A stretch of 63,989 nt of DNA, the filler included, from Phoronis australis (Eukaryota; Animalia; Phoronida): the NCBI GenBank assembly GCA_002633005.1. It is 5 parts of 5 records of this genome, joined end to end, with 100 filler letters (N's around TTAATTAATTAA, not from the genome) between each part and the next. Parts side by side here need not be neighbours in the genome. Positions count along the whole stretch, not along the records: positions 56,359 to 63,989 come from NMRA01001995.1; 4 more parts are not named here. One strand, given 5' to 3'. Below the pieces are notes generated by a model. It did no database searches and was not told where the DNA came from. It worked only from the letters and a program-made list of their open reading frames with translations. Positions 63,406 through 63,989 of this stretch are shown here, piece after piece (positions within the stretch are counted from its first letter, which is position 1; every line of letters starts with the position of its first letter). A program made the translations under genes and the position numbers.

Positions 63406-63989
63406 GCCTCAGTATAACCATATTAATTCAGGTAAACACCCACATGTTCGTCATACTGCCCACCTCCGAAATTTCGAAATTCCACTTTTGAACACCCATG
63501 CTCAGCTAACCTTTTGCCCCAATTTATGCAATTTAGACTTCCTTGAAAGTGGCCGAGTCTCTGTGAAAACTTGCCTCAATCAGAATTTAGCACCCATAAA
63601 ACACACAATTCACATTCCTTGGAGTAACAATTAGTCAGTTTTTGTGGAGTCTTCCTTTATTTGGCTGGTAAAATAACCCATAACCCTCATGCTCTTTACT
63701 GAAGAAGACATGAAATAGTTCTTTCAGCTCATGCACCTTCCAATATTACCATACTCGTACGTGGAGGAAACAGCGCGTGACCACTAAGTTCATTAGGGCA
63801 GTAATAGTTGTATCAAAAAAATTTAAAGACATGCTACGATCACTTCATTCTAGACCGTAAGCCCCTAACTACATTGTCCACAATCTGCTGCTTTATTTTA
63901 CTCTTGAAGTCCAAAGTCAGTGCAGCTCCCTAGGCATTAACTCAATCGTTTGTTCGGGTGATGGTGGTGGTGGGGGATGATGGGGGTGC

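Overview
AT-rich eukaryotic (invertebrate animal-like) genomic DNA with spliced genes and many transposon relics. Four identical 100-bp N spacers, each carrying a TTAATTAATTAA six-frame-stop linker, split it into five artificially joined segments. Genes reconstructed by hand from GT-AG junctions: (1) a minus-strand secreted C-type lectin gene whose lectin domain is split by an in-frame, phase 1-1 exon encoding a whole TLDc domain (the most unusual feature); (2) a plus-strand STAP1/2-like PH-[LLPGQ]-SH2 adaptor with a Tyr/Pro-rich tail whose last three exons occur twice, probably as two haplotypes; (3) a minus-strand gene with two tandem MAM domains and a homopolymer frameshift. Mobile DNA includes a decayed THAP/Harbinger-like element, a TTAA-flanked Kolobok-like element, several MITEs and palindromes, Helentron-like fragments, a 5'-truncated CR1-type LINE, two decayed L1/Tx1 ORF2 copies and an open L1-type ORF1. 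No rRNA, tRNA or CRISPR array is supported.
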